Of a DNA stretch of 64,000 nucleotides, positions 15,085-28,676 are shown one piece after another; within the stretch, counting starts at the first letter, position 1, and every line of letters begins with the position of its first letter. The position numbers were made by a program, and so were the translations under genes. Where the stretch lies: NCBI RefSeq assembly GCF_006345805.1, contig NC_043011.1, positions 21,154,464 through 21,218,463 of the forward strand, written 5' to 3'. The stretch comes from Octopus sinensis. Taxonomy: Eukaryota. A model generated the notes under the pieces. That model was not told the origin of the DNA and searched no databases. It saw only the letters and a program-made list of their open reading frames with translations.

Positions 15085-15117
<33 letters not shown>
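13749..15117 (+). repeat. Two-copy tandem duplication, period 687 bp
   Basis: Unique sequence starting ctttctccctcacgctc at 13768 and 14455 appears identical. Only the microsatellite lengths differ. Bounded by (CA)n tracts. Confidence 0.95.
13961..13986 (+). other. Candidate ATG-containing micro-exon of an unidentified host gene (duplicated at 14648-14673)
   Basis: ttattttcAG acceptor, cagccATGt start context, MSTAS(R) codons, GTGAGC donor at 13987, upstream donor aaag|GTactt at 13819. No downstream exon found. Confidence 0.3.
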
Positions 15118-15119
<2 letters not shown>

Positions 15120-15444
15120 ATATATATACATATGTATATATAAGTATATATATATATACATATACATATGTATATATAAGTATGTATGTATGTATGTATG
15201 TATGTATGTGTGTGTGTATGTATGTATGTATGTATGTATGTATGTATGTATGTATGTATGTATGTATGTATCTATCTATCTATCTATCTATCTGTCTGTC
15301 TGTCTGTCTGTCTATCGATTGATCTATATACTTTGTTTTATGTAGAGATATATGTGTATATATGAGTGTGTATATATGTATTTCTGTGCATGTATAGTTG
15401 CCGAATGCTCAAGTGTATATACGTATGTATATAGGTATGTGCGC

Positions 15445-15512
<68 letters not shown>

Positions 15513-16353
15513 TGGAGTGTGTCTGTGTGTGGAGTGTGTCTGTTTATAACTTATTTTCTCCTCTTCTGTTTATATTTACGAAAAAAACTCACGACCATAG
15601 CCAACAGACTGGCAGAATGCGAGAATGCAAGAATGGAAGAATGAATCCCCGCATCTTCACCCCAAAGCAACTACTACATTTTCAATAGATCTTGACAGGA
15701 GTTAGAATGCCAGTGTTGACACCGTAGTTTAACTCAAAACTTGACTAATGGCGTTAAATCCATGAATCCCTATGTTTTTTCTACACGAAACACTACGTTG
15801 CGACAATGTCCAGAGACTAGGATGGGATCTGAGGTTATAGATATTTCAAAAATTCTTTTAGTTAACAGGCGGAATCGTTAGAGCGTTGGACAAAAAGGGA
15901 ACATGAAATTCACCGTCGTAAAATTGTGAAAGCAAATTATGATAAAAAGAATCAAAGTGAATATCGATTGAAACCGGAAGTGACGAGTGACATACCAGCT
16001 GATATCTGTTCTATCATTTACGTTCTTAATTCAAATTCCGCCGAAGTCCATTTTACCTTTCATCCTTTCAGGAAATGATATGTATAAAACACCCATCAAA
16101 TACGGAGATTGACAGTTCATCTCTGTCCAAATTCCATGCCTTATGTCTATGTATGACTGGTCACATTGGGAATAATTTTTATCAAGGATCTACCTAAGGT
16201 AAGATGACACGGGGCTAAACAACAACATTAACAATAACAACAACTACTACTACTACTACTACTCCTATTGCTGCTGCTGAATTCGAACTCAGAACGTAAA
16301 GACGAACGAAAGACTGTTAATCATTTTGTCCGGCGCGCTAACGGTTCTGCCTG

Positions 16354-16354
<1 letters not shown>

Positions 16355-16402
<48 letters not shown>

Positions 16403-16593
16403 GTAATAATAATAATAGTAATAATAATAATAATAGTAATAATAATAATAGTAATAATAATAATAGTAATAATAATAATAATAATAGTAATAATAATAAT
16501 AGTAATAATAAAAATAATAGTAATAATAATAGTAATAATAATAATAATAAAATAGTAATAATAATAATAATAATAATAGTAATAGTAATAATA

Positions 16594-16671
<78 letters not shown>

Positions 16672-16691
16672 AAATAGTAATAATAATAATA

Positions 16692-16727
<36 letters not shown>

Positions 16728-16770
16728 TGATGATGATAATAATAATAATGATGATGATAATAATAATAAT
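16355..16770. repeat. Long imperfect (TAA)n microsatellite
   Basis: Direct reading. Other (TAA)n tracts at about 8090, 8626, 9623, 9876, 17146, 21146, 21708, 25588 and 27191. Confidence 0.98.
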
Positions 16771-17143
16771 TGGCCTACTCATTGAAATTGAGAAAATGTG
16801 GCATCTCAAGGCGGTTACAATACCAGTGATCGTAGGAGCACTAGGAATGATCAAGAAGGGAACCGAAAATTATATGAGAATGATCCCTGGCTTACCATCC
16901 CTGCAAGAAGTGCAAAAGATTGTCTTAACTGGTACATCACACGTATTGAGAAGAGCATTGTCGATGTGAGAACTGTTGCTGCTCATGTATTTTAATTTAA
17001 CTTAAAAAAAAAAAAAAAAAAAAATGAACGAACTATTGAGTTTGGTTTAATGGCCTACCAATGTATACTATGAGTTTCTTTGCCCTAGGAGTCGGGAAGA
17101 CACTCGGCAAGAAATGAAAGCAAATTTGAAAGAAGAAAAAAAA

Positions 17144-17145
<2 letters not shown>
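16771..17145 (+). mobile_element. R4/Dong-like 3' fragment (family C)
   Basis: IEIEKMWHLKAVTIPVIVGALG...QKIVLTGTSHVLRRALSM*, then a 3' UTR ending in (TAA)n. Confidence 0.85.
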
Positions 17146-17180
<35 letters not shown>

Positions 17181-17198
17181 TAATAATAATAATAATAA

Positions 17199-20100
17199 GA
17201 GAGAACACCGGGGAACGTTTAAGATGTAAGAAGGAAAGTACAAAGCTCCGAAATCTATCCACAAACATCGAAAACAAGGACATCCTATGGAGCCAAAGAT
17301 TTACTAACAAAGAATTGGACTGTATCCGAGTAAGTAATACTAATTGAAATTTATTACTATTTTCGAAACGAAATGATGTATTTTGACTCGATATCATCTC
17401 CAGCTCTAACGCAACACATGTAAACATGCGTGGAACATCACGATCATCCCCGACCCCAAACACCATGTACAAAGGAAATACGAAGAAATTAAATGCCACC
17501 GATACTATTCAACCCAAGAATAACAATCGAGCGGTACGTACATTAAACTTACAACAAAAAATGTACGAAAAACTACACGTGCGAAATAATGTGACAACAG
17601 AAATAAACGGACCGGTACCCTACGAAAATGACGACCGTCAAAATAATGGGCCGGACGTTGTACCTCATGTCCCGCAAATAAAACCCAAAAGACGTAAATG
17701 GACACGTGAGGAATACATTTCTATCTTACACGCAATGCTCTACCCAAAAAATGAAAATACAACAACACATACATATAAAATATGGAAGGAAAATAATAGA
17801 GATATAGACTTGGATACAGCAATGAATCCTAATAAATTAGCTAACGTACGAAGATACCTTCTCAACACAAAAAAAATATCAGAAATAGAAATAGAACATC
17901 TAAAAGAAAACATACACCAGGAAAATGTAGATAGAAGCCACACAACAATGCCCAATAATATAAACACTGAAACTGTAAAACACGAAGACAAACGCAACAT
18001 TCCCAACAAACACGCTGTAAACAACGAAGGGGAGCCTAATGATTATGATAATATAAAAAATAAAATAATCAAAGAACTGAAAACCACAGAGCCCAAAATG
18101 GACCACCGACCATACCTCCCAAGAATAAAAATAAACGAAATAACAACACCAATTATAAACAGCATAAACCTAGCCGTCACTGAACTAGCCACTGAAACAA
18201 AAAAAAGTGATATCACTGAACTAAATGACTTGATATACGCAGCAGCCACTGCAGCCACAAAAGAAGCTGGATACTCACCTAAACCCGCCCAAACAGGAGT
18301 ACCACCACCCAAACAAACCCTGTGGATGAATAACATCCAAAACAAAATAAAAAAAAAATTAGAAAAGACCTGTCGATTCTTAATGAAATCAGCAAACAAT
18401 CAACGCTACTGAGCAACAAAAAGAGAACAAAAATGCTCCGCAAATATAACATCACAGAAAAAGATTTGCCGGAGATAAAAGAAAAGCTGAAGCAAGATAT
18501 CCTTGCCAAAGCTCAAAGGATCCGCCGGTACGAGAAACGCCAACGCTTCTTTGAACAGAACAAAAAGTTCAACTCCAACCCCCAAAAGTTCTACCAAGAA
18601 CTGGGAAAAAATAAAATAGAAGTCACTACAGCACCAACGGCAGAAGAATTGGAAGAATTCTGGAGAGAAATATGGTCGGCGAACGAACAGCCAAAAAAAA
18701 GGAGTATCAAAATAACAAACTCGGCATCTGAACAACTTTGGACTCCCATAACAACTGAAGAGGTCACCCAGGCACTGCAAAAACTAAGCAACTGGAAGGC
18801 ACCTGGGCATGACAAGATCCCCAACTTCTGGTTGAAATATCTAACAGGAATGCACAAAAAGCTGGCTGAAAACTTTAACAGCATACTAGCAGAGCCAGAG
18901 ACAATACCTGAATGGCTCACGAAGGGGAAAACCATCTTAATTCCCAAATCAAATGAAACAGCAAAACCAGAAAACTACCTGCCTCCCTACTATGTTCAAG
19001 GCATTTACTGCAGTGATATCGCAAAGGCTGAACAAGCACCTGGACGAAAACAAACTGTTCCCAGAAGAGCAGAAAGGATGCCGCAAAGGCTCATATGGCT
19101 GTAAAGATCAACTAATGATTAATAAAGCCGTAACTGAAGACAGCCACAGAAAGAAGAAAGGCCTCAGTATGGCCTGGATTGACTACAAAAAGGCGTTTGA
19201 TAGCATCCCCCACACATGGATCCTCGAAACACTAGCCATTAACAAAGTAGCACCAACAATCATAAAATTCATAGAGCACTCTATGAATAAATGGCAAACA
19301 GTCCTACACCTCCAAACAAAAGAGGGACTCATGAAAACCAAAGCCATCCCCATTAGGAGTGGAATATTCCAGGGAGATACGCTCTCTCCACTCCTTTTCT
19401 GCTTGGCACTGTCACCTCTATCTGATATGCCAAATAGAACTGGATGCGGATATAAATGTTACGGCAAAATGATCAGCCACCTTTTATATATGGATGACCT
19501 AAAACTATACGCTGCAAATGACAAACAGCTGGAAACACTATTAAACACAGTTCATGGATTTACCAAAGAAATAGATATGAAATTTGGATTAGAAAAATGC
19601 GCCAAAGTAACCATGAAAAGAGGAAAACTAGTTAAGAGTAACAACATCACACTAGATAAAACCAATGAAATAAAAGAATTAGACCAAAGCCAAACTTACA
19701 AATACTTAGGAATCCATGAACTAGACAAGACACAACACACACAAATGAAAGAGAAAATAAAAAAAGAATATTATAGACGAGTTAGATCAATACTAAAAAC
19801 AGAGCTCAATGCTAAAAACAAGATAATAGGTATCAAGACTTTAGCTGTCCCAGTTATAAGTTACAGCTACAATATCCTTAACTGGACACTAAATGAACTG
19901 TCCAAAATAGATAGGAAACAAGAAAAATACTGACAGGATCTAGGATGCATCACCCAAAATTTGACATAGAAAGACTATATATACAACGTATAGAAGGTGG
20001 TAGAGGCCTTATACAGCTGGAAAACTACTATAAAATAACCACCATAGGACTGCAAAAATATCTACTTCAGAAGGAAGGAAAACTGATCCAGATAGCAGCA

Positions 20101-21145
20101 AAACACGAGCAAAACAAAAAACTGTTCTCAGTATTTAAGGAAGCTGACAAATACAAACAAGAAATCATACCACCTAATAAACATGAAGAAGAAGAAGAAG
20201 ATGATGAAGAAACAACAAAAGCTATAAAACAAATGAAATCCAAACTAAAAATAGAACAGCAACGAACCATAATAAAACGATGGCAAGAAAAGCCCCTTCA
20301 TGGTAAATACTGCACTAAACTAAACGCAAAAGAAATAGACAAAGAAAAATCCCAGCAATGGTTGAGAAGCTCAGGACTCAAAGCAGAAACAGAGGGATTT
20401 TTAATTGCAGCACAAGACCAAAGCCTCCCCACCAGAAATTACCAAAAACATGTAATGAAAAGAAATATTACAAGTAATCTCAGAATATGTGGAGATGGAC
20501 AAGAAACAATAAATCATATTATCTCTAGCTGCCCAGTCCTGGCTAAGAAGGAATATATTCACAGACATGACAGAGTTGGAACCTACATACATTGGAAGCT
20601 ATGCCAACATTATGGAATAACAACAGAAAAAAAGATGGTATAGGCACACACCAGAAAAGGTCACAGAAAACGAGAAAGCAACCATACTCTGGGATATGCC
20701 GATACACACAGATAGAGAAATTAAGGCCAACAGACCAGATATAGTTGTCAGAGATCATGAAGAAAAAAAATGCTTTCTAATTGATGTATCAATACCGGCA
20801 GATGACAACGTGTCTCTAAAAGAAATGGAGAAACTCTCAAAATACAAAGACCTGGAAATAGAGGTAACTAGAATGTGGAACCTGAAAACAGAAACAATTC
20901 CTATCATAGTAGGTGCATTAGGCATGATAAAAAATATTCAGATAAATACATAACAAAAACACCAGGACTTACAAACACATATAACATACAGAAAATTGCA
21001 CTACTAGGCACTGCACACATCCTACGCAGAACACTTTCCATACAATAACCATCAGAGCATCACAACAAATCACAGCACATACCCAAGGCACACAGAGCTG
21101 CGCTCGGTAGTGAAGTGAAAGCACGTTATAAAAATAAAACTACTG
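17199..21145 (+). mobile_element. Near-full-length R4/Dong-clade non-LTR retrotransposon (family A, copy 1); single ORF broken by frameshifts
   Basis: ORF pieces 17426-21048: RRKWTREE N-terminal motif, KAPGHD, GIFQGDTLSPLLF, YMDDLKLY (RT), degenerate CCHC knuckle, RHD, RPD...IDVSIP...EKLSKYKDL endonuclease, GTAHILRRTL*. (TAA)n on both sides. Confidence 0.95.
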
Positions 21146-21167
21146 AATAATAATAATAATAATAATA

Positions 21168-21705
21168 ACTGACAGGAAGATAGATGCAAATAGGCCAGAC
21201 ATCATATTGAAAGACTTCAGACAAAGAACATGCCTCCTCATTGATATGACTGTCCCAATCGATATAAACGTATCTGTCAAGGCCTACCAAAAACTGAGCA
21301 AATATAAAGATCTTGAAATAGAAATCAGCAAAATGTGGAAGCTGAAGACTAAAACAATACCTGTTGTCATAGGTGCCCTGGGAATGATAGCGAAAGGGAC
21401 TGATTGCTACCTAACTCAGATACCAGGAAACCCCAAAATGGCAGAAATTCAAAAGATAGTGCTCATGGGAACTGCTCATATCCTACGCAAAATACTCTCT
21501 ATGTAATCCCAAGGTTTAAAACAAACTTTTTTTTATTTTTATTTTTATTTTTTTTAAATTTTATTTTTATGTATTAGACATTCACTAGTACAACACCAAA
21601 ATAAAAATCCCAAATATATGGCACAGAACTTCCAACCTGTTGTCTCATGAGGTCTTTGGGTGAGACTTGGAGCCAACTTGTACAAACATAAAGCAAAAGT
21701 CAAAC
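21168..21705 (+). mobile_element. R4/Dong-like 3' fragment (family B, copy 2)
   Basis: Highly similar to 9131-9620. Endonuclease domain ORF 21207-21506. Confidence 0.9.
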
Positions 21706-21708
21706 ATA

Positions 21709-21769
<61 letters not shown>

Positions 21770-21776
21770 AATAATA

Positions 21777-24700
21777 AAAACACCGGGGGACGTTTAAGAT
21801 GTAAGAATGATACAACAGAGCTCTGAAATCTATCCACAAACATCGAAAACAAGGACATCGTATGAAGCCAAGATTTACTAACAAAGGATTGGACTGTACC
21901 CGAGTAAGTAATGCTCATTAAAATTTATTACTATTTTCGAAACGAAACGATGTATTTTGACTCGATATCATCTCTTCCTCTAACACAACACATGTAAACA
22001 TGCGTGGAACATTACGATCCATCAACACCAGATCATCCCCGACCCCAAACACCATGTACAAAGGAACTACGAAGAAATTAAATACCACCGATATTATTCA
22101 ACCCAAGAATAACAATCGGGAGTTACGTACTTTAAACTTACAACACAAAATGTACGAAAAACTACACGTGCAAAACAATGTGACAACAGAAATGAACGGA
22201 CCGGTACCCGACGAAAATGACGACCGTCAAAATAATGGGCTGGACGTTGTTCCTCATGTCCCGCAGATAAAACCCAAAAGACATAAATGGACACGTGAGG
22301 AATACATTTCTATCCTACACGCATACTTCACAGCAGTGCTCTACTCCAAAAATGTAAACACAACAACACATACATATGGAAGGAATATGGAAGGAAAATA
22401 ACATAAATATAGACTTGGATACAGCAATGAACCCTAATAAAATAGCTAACGTACGAAGATACATTCTCAAAGCAAAAAAAAATATCAGAAATAGAAATAG
22501 AACATCTAAAAGAAAAAATACACCAGGAAAATGTAGATAGAAGCCACACAACGATGCCCATTAATATAAACCCTGAAACAGTAAAACACGAAGACAAACG
22601 TAACATTCCCAACAAACACGATGTAAATAAAAAACAACAAACCCAGACCGTAAGGATGCATAATAATACACGACAAACAGCAAGCCAAAACACGACAAAC
22701 AAACATATAAATAAGAAAGAAAGCCACACAAATCTAAAACCTAGAAACAACAAAGGGAAGCCTAATGATTATGATAATATAAAAAATAAAATAATCAAAG
22801 AACTGAAAACCACAGAGCCCAAAATGGACCATCGACCATATCTCCCAAAAATCAAAATAGACGAAACAACAACACCAATTATAAACAGCATAAACCTAGC
22901 CGTCACTGAACTAATAGCCACTGAAACAAAAAGCGATATCACTAAGCTAAATGACTTAGTATACGCAGAAGCCACTGCAGCCACAAAAGAAGCTGGATAC
23001 TCACCCAAACCCATCCAAACAGGAGTACCACCACCCAAACAAACCCTGTGAATAAATAACATCCAAAACAAAATACAAAAAATGAGAAAAGATCTGTCGA
23101 TTCTTAATGAAATCAGTAGACAATCAACGCTACTGAGCAACAAAAAGAAAACAAAAATACTCCGCAAATATAACATCACAGAAAAAGATTTACCTGAGAT
23201 AAAAGAAAAGCTGAAGCAAGATATCCTTGCCAAAGCACAAAGGATCCGCCGGTACGAGAAACGCCAGCGCTTCTTTGAACAAAACAAAAAGTTCAACCCC
23301 AACCCCAAAAAGTTCTACCAAGAACTTGACAAAAATAAAATAGAAATCACTGCAGCACCAACGGCAGAAGTGGAAGAATTCTGGAGAGAAATATGGTCGG
23401 CGAACGAACAACCAAAAAAAAGAGGTATCAAAACAACAAACTCAGCATCTGAGCAACTTTGGACCCCCATAACAACTGTAGAGGTCACCCAGGCACTGCA
23501 AAGACTAAGAAACTGGAAGGCACCTGGGCATGACAATATCCCCAACTTCTGGTTGAAATATCTAACAGGAATGCACAAAAAGCTGGCTGAAAACTTTAAC
23601 AGCATGCTAGCAGAGCCAGAGACAATGCCTGAATGGCTCACGAAGGGGAAAACCATCTTAATTCCCAAATCAAATGAGACAGCAAAACCAGAAAACTACA
23701 GACCAATAACCTGTCTCCCTACAATCGCAAAGGTTGAACAAGCACCTGGACGAAAACAACCTGTTTCCAGAAGAGCAGAAAGGATGCCGCAAAGGCTCAT
23801 ATGGCTGTAAAGATTAACTAATGATTAATAAAGCCATAACTGAAGACAGCCACAGAAAGAAGAAAGGCCTCAGTATGGCCTGGGTCGACTACAAAAAGGC
23901 GTTTGATAGCATCCCCCACACATGGATCCTCGAAACACTAGCCATTAACAAAGTAGCACCAACCCTTATAAAATTCATAGGGCACTCTATGAATAAATGG
24001 CAAACCGTGCTACAGCTCCAAACAAAAGAGGGACTCATGAAAACCAAAGCCATCCCCATTAGAAGAGGAATATTCCAGGGAAACACGCTCTCTTCACTCC
24101 TTTTCTGCTTGGCACTGTCACCTCTATCTGATATGCTAAATAGAACTGGATGCGGATATAAATGTTACGGCAAAACGATCAGCCACCTTTTATATATGGA
24201 TGACCTAAAACTATACGCTGCAAATGACAAACAGCTGGAAACACTATTAAAGACAGTTCATGGATTTACCAAAGAAATAGAAATGAAATTTGGATTAGAA
24301 AAATGCGCCAAAGTAACCATGAAAAGAGGAAAACTAGTTAAGAGTAGTAACATCACACTAGATAAAACCAATGAAATAAAAGAATTAGACCAAAGCCAAA
24401 CTTACAAACACTTAGGAATCCATGAACTAGATAAGACACAACACACACAAATGAAAGAGAAAATAAAAAAAAGAATATTATAGACGAGTTAGATCAATAC
24501 TAAAAACAGAGCTCAATGCTAAAAACAAGATAATAGGTATTAACACTTTAGCTGTCCCAGTTATAAGTTACAGCTACAATATCCTTAACTGGACACTAAA
24601 TGAACTGACCAAAATAGATAGGAAAACAAGAAAAATAATGACAGGATCAAGGATGCATCACCCAAAATCCGACATAGAAAGACTATATATACAACGTATA

Positions 24701-24934
24701 GAAGGTGGTAGAGGCCTTATACAGCTGGAAAACTACTATAAAATAACCACCATAGGACTGCAAAAATATCTACTTCAGAAGGAAGGAAAACTGATACAAA
24801 TAGCGGCAAAACACGAGCAAAACAAAAAACTATTCTCAGTATTTAAGGAAGCTGACAAATACAAACAAGAAATCATACCACCTAATAAATATGAAGAAGA
24901 AGAAGAAGATGAAGAAACAACAAAAGCTATAAAA
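21777..24934 (+). mobile_element. R4/Dong family A copy 2, 5'-complete and 3'-truncated
   Basis: Same 5' end (aacaccgggg) as copy 1 and YMDDLKLY present. Sequence switches to element X at 24935. Confidence 0.95.
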
Positions 24935-25227
24935 CATGTGTTGAGAGGGATTATTTGGGGTTTGAATAATTCACCTCTGGAAACATGGGTGTTTCGTTCA
25001 ACATCTTTAAACAAACCTTTTGAGCGGGATGGGTTACTCGACCAGAAGAAAATTCTAACTGTACTCCACCTGCAAGGTCCTGTGCTGTTTATCTTGATAT
25101 GAGATCACCATGTCGCGCACATATAGTTGTGATGCATGTGCCTAGTGTACCCTTATCAGATGGGTATATTGGGCTTCATATATTTTACCCCAGTGTCACT
25201 TTGATGGCATGCACTGCTCTCTCACTC
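24935..25227 (+). mobile_element. Element X, 3' part
   Basis: Matches about 8307-8625. Confidence 0.8.
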
Positions 25228-25243
25228 AATAATGATGATGATG

Positions 25244-25584
25244 ATAATCGACATAGCATGCCCCGGTGACAACAGGATCAATGTTAACGAAGAAAAAATA
25301 AACAACTATGACGATATAAAGTGGGAAATACGAAAGTTGTGGTCAGTGAAGAGAGAAAACGTGATACCAATGATAATTGGTGCACTTGGAAGTATCAGTA
25401 CTCAACTATCAACATGGATGAAAAAGATTAGTGCAAGTGTGAAGGTAGAATACCGACAAAATATCAGCATTGCTTGGAACTGCAAAAATTCTTCGCAGGG
25501 CTCTTGAAGCATGACCAGTAAACAAGTGTCACCTTAGTCTGCTGGTTGTTCCATCATACCCAGCAAAATAAGCTGTGAGTTTTC

Positions 25585-25586
<2 letters not shown>
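25244..25586 (+). mobile_element. R4/Dong-like 3' fragment (family D)
   Basis: IIDIACPGD...EKINNYDDIKWEIRKLW...VIPMIIGALG, followed by (TAA)n. Confidence 0.8.
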
Positions 25587-25629
<43 letters not shown>

Positions 25630-26532
25630 TAATAATAATGATCATAAATTTCTTAATTAACCACAAAAGGTTTACATTAAAAACATTTCGACAGCACAGG
25701 ACAAATAGGATCTGAGGTTACATGAAAGTCGTATAAACATTGAAAAACAATCGATTATAACAACAAAATTCTCCAAAAGAGGAAGATCAAGGGATGCTCT
25801 CCTGACGACCAGGGTAAGCATCCTCTCCACTTTGTCTACAGACGCATGCTTAGAGTAAGCCCATTCACTCGGGCCATTCTTGCTACATTCACCCACCTTT
25901 TAACAAAATTGCTGGGGGATAGAACTTCCCTCTCTACCCTCACTTTTCTTTTCAAATGAAACTTGAACAAGTTTATGAGAGCTTGGCCAAAGAGGAAAGC
26001 GTTTGTCTTCAGCCCTTTCAGTCTGGTCTACCACACAACCTCTTTCGCGAAGGCTATTAGGCAAAGAAAGATAAAAATAATCCTTTCTACTAAAGGCAAA
26101 AGGCCAGAAATTTTGGCGGAGGGGACTAGTCGATTACATCGATCCCAGTGCGTAACTGGTACTTAATTTATCGACCCCGAAAGGATGAAAAGCAAAGTCA
26201 GCCTCGGTGGCATTTGAACTCAGACCGTAACGGCAAACGAAAAACCGCCAAGCACTTCGCTCGGCGTGCTAACCATTCTGCCAGCTCGCTGCATTTTTAA
26301 TAATAATAATCCTTTCTAGGATAGGCTCATGGCCTGAAATTTTTGCTTGGAGGGGATAAGTCGATTACATTGATCGCAGTGCGTAACTGGTACTTATTTC
26401 ATCGACCCTGCAAGGATGAAAAATAGAGTCGACCTCGGCAAAATTTGTAAAGACGGACGAAATGCTGCTAAACATTTTGTGCTAACGATTCTGCCAACTC
26501 GCCGCCTTAATAATAGAAATAATAATATATAT

Positions 26533-26916
26533 GTTTTGTCTTGGTGTAAAAGCTGGTCTGCAGCAAATATTCTGCTCAATATCGCAGATTTGCTTGTCAG
26601 ATGCTGCACCTTAACCAGTTGAGCATACCTTTTAGTGGCACACGATATGAGCATCTCTGATCACGAGCAAGAGTAGTGGGGAAGCATCATTAACATGTGT
26701 TGAGAGGGATTCTTGGAGCTTGAATAATTCGCCTCTGGAAACATGTGTGTTTCGTTCATCATCCTAAACAAATCTTATTTCGGGACCTTTTGAGTGGGAT
26801 GGGCTACTCGAACTGAAGAAAATTCTAACTGGGCCCCCACATGTGAGGCCATGCATTGCTTATCTTGATATGAAATCACCATGTCGCGCACATAAGGTTA
26901 CGATGCATGAGCCTGG
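26533..26916 (+). mobile_element. Element X, copy lacking its 3' end
   Basis: Matches about 8181-8530 and extends ~35 bp further 5'. Confidence 0.75.
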
Positions 26917-27190
26917 AGATAGCCCATCTATGAGCAATGAAGATGAAGATAGTGCCAAGTATTGTTGGGTTCTTGGAGAGAGTGTCAAAGGACATCAAGG
27001 GGAGTATAAGGGAAATCGGAATAGAGTGCTCAGCAGAGATCTGTTACAAAAGCTTTGTTGCATTGGCACAGGCAGAATCATCAGGAAAGTATTAGATAGT
27101 TGAAAAGAACAGATAACATGGTACCGTAGGGTGCAGGCAGCAAGCCTGTTATGCATGCAAGACTCCAGGAGTTACAACAAAACCTGAGTC
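26916..27190 (+). mobile_element. R4/Dong-like 3' fragment (family E)
   Basis: EIAHL*AMKMKIVP..VG and DLLQKLCCIGTGRIIRKVLDS* ends, followed by (TAA)n. Confidence 0.7.
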
Positions 27191-28676
27191 AATAATAATA
27201 ATAATAATAAAATAATAATAATAATGATAATAATAATAATAATAATTTTTCTTCTAATTCTAGAACAAAGCCTGCAACTCTGAAAGGAGTGATCAGTGGA
27301 TGACATTGAGCGAGTACATGTCTGGTACTTTATTTTGTCGACCCCGAGCAGATGAAAGGCAAAGTTGAACTTTGCGAATGTTCAACTCAGAACATAAGGA
27401 GTTGGAAGAAACACCGCTAAGCATGTTGCCCGACGCGCAAACGAATCTGCTCGTTCGTTACATAGATACTGTGTGATTGTCTAACAGTGTGTATATGTTT
27501 ACTATGATACGCCGGTGGGATTTTAATTTAATGCGGCTTCAAAGTGTGTATAGTGAGTTTTTCTACTGCTCGGCAAGCTTCCACGATATCAGCAAATGAT
27601 TTACTCACTGTTTACAATATAAGGAAGCATAAATTTCCTTTAAGCAGCTGATAGCCGGGTGCATGGCATTGTTAAGCCTAAAAAAAAAAGTGAAACACGT
27701 CTATTGTGCTTGTGTGTCACTGTAGCGACGATGTTCGTCTTGGCGGCGAACTGGCAGAAACGTTAGCACGCCGGGCGAAATGCATAGCCGTATTTCGTCT
27801 GCCGCTAAGTTCTGAGTTCAAATTCCGCCGAGGTCGACTTTGCCTTTCATCCTTTCGGGTTCGATAATTTAAGTACCAGTCACGCACTGGAGTCGATGTA
27901 ATCGACTTAATCCGTTTGTCTGTCCTTGTTTGTCCCCTCTGTGTTTAGCCACTTGTGGGTAATAAAGAAACAGATATACAAGGTGCATTCTAGAATTGAG
28001 ACTATTTTAGATGTAGTTTTGAACTCAGAACGTAGCGGCAGACGAAATACTTATTTCTATTTCTTTACTACCCACAAGGGGCTAAACACAGAGGGGACAA
28101 ACAAGGACAGACAAACGGATTAAGTCGATTATATAGACCCCAGTGCGTAACTGGTACTTATTTTATCGACTTCGAAAGGATTAAAGGCAAAGTCGACCTG
28201 GGCGGAATATGATCTCCGAAGGTAAAGAAATGGAAGAAATGTTGCTAGATATTTTTTTTAGCGCCTTTACGATTCTGTCGGTTCGCTACCATTTTTTCAA
28301 GGACCATATTAAAGCTAAATATCCAACAACAATAGCTGACAACCATCTCGATTACTACCTGTGTTTTAGTTAAAAATCTGATTATGTCAAAATTACTTTA
28401 TGTGTACGGTCAAGTTTTTCATTAATTTCAACAAGACCTTAAATACTATTGGCACAAGGCCTGACATTTTGGTGAAGGGTGCTTGTCGATCATATCGATC
28501 CCAGCAATCAAATGGTAATTGTTTCATCGACACCGAAAGGACGAAAGGCAAAGTTGACTTCGGTGGGATTTGAACTCAGAACGTAAAGACAGATGAAATG
28601 CCTCTAAGCAGTTTGCACGGCGTGCAACGATTCTGCCACCTCACAACCTTATTGATTTCAATATAATTACTAATAA

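Noticed and set aside
17199-17345. HDV-like ribozyme at the 5' end of the Dong family A element (expected by analogy with R2)
   Set aside because: I could not build the nested double pseudoknot by eye. A covariance or descriptor search would be needed.
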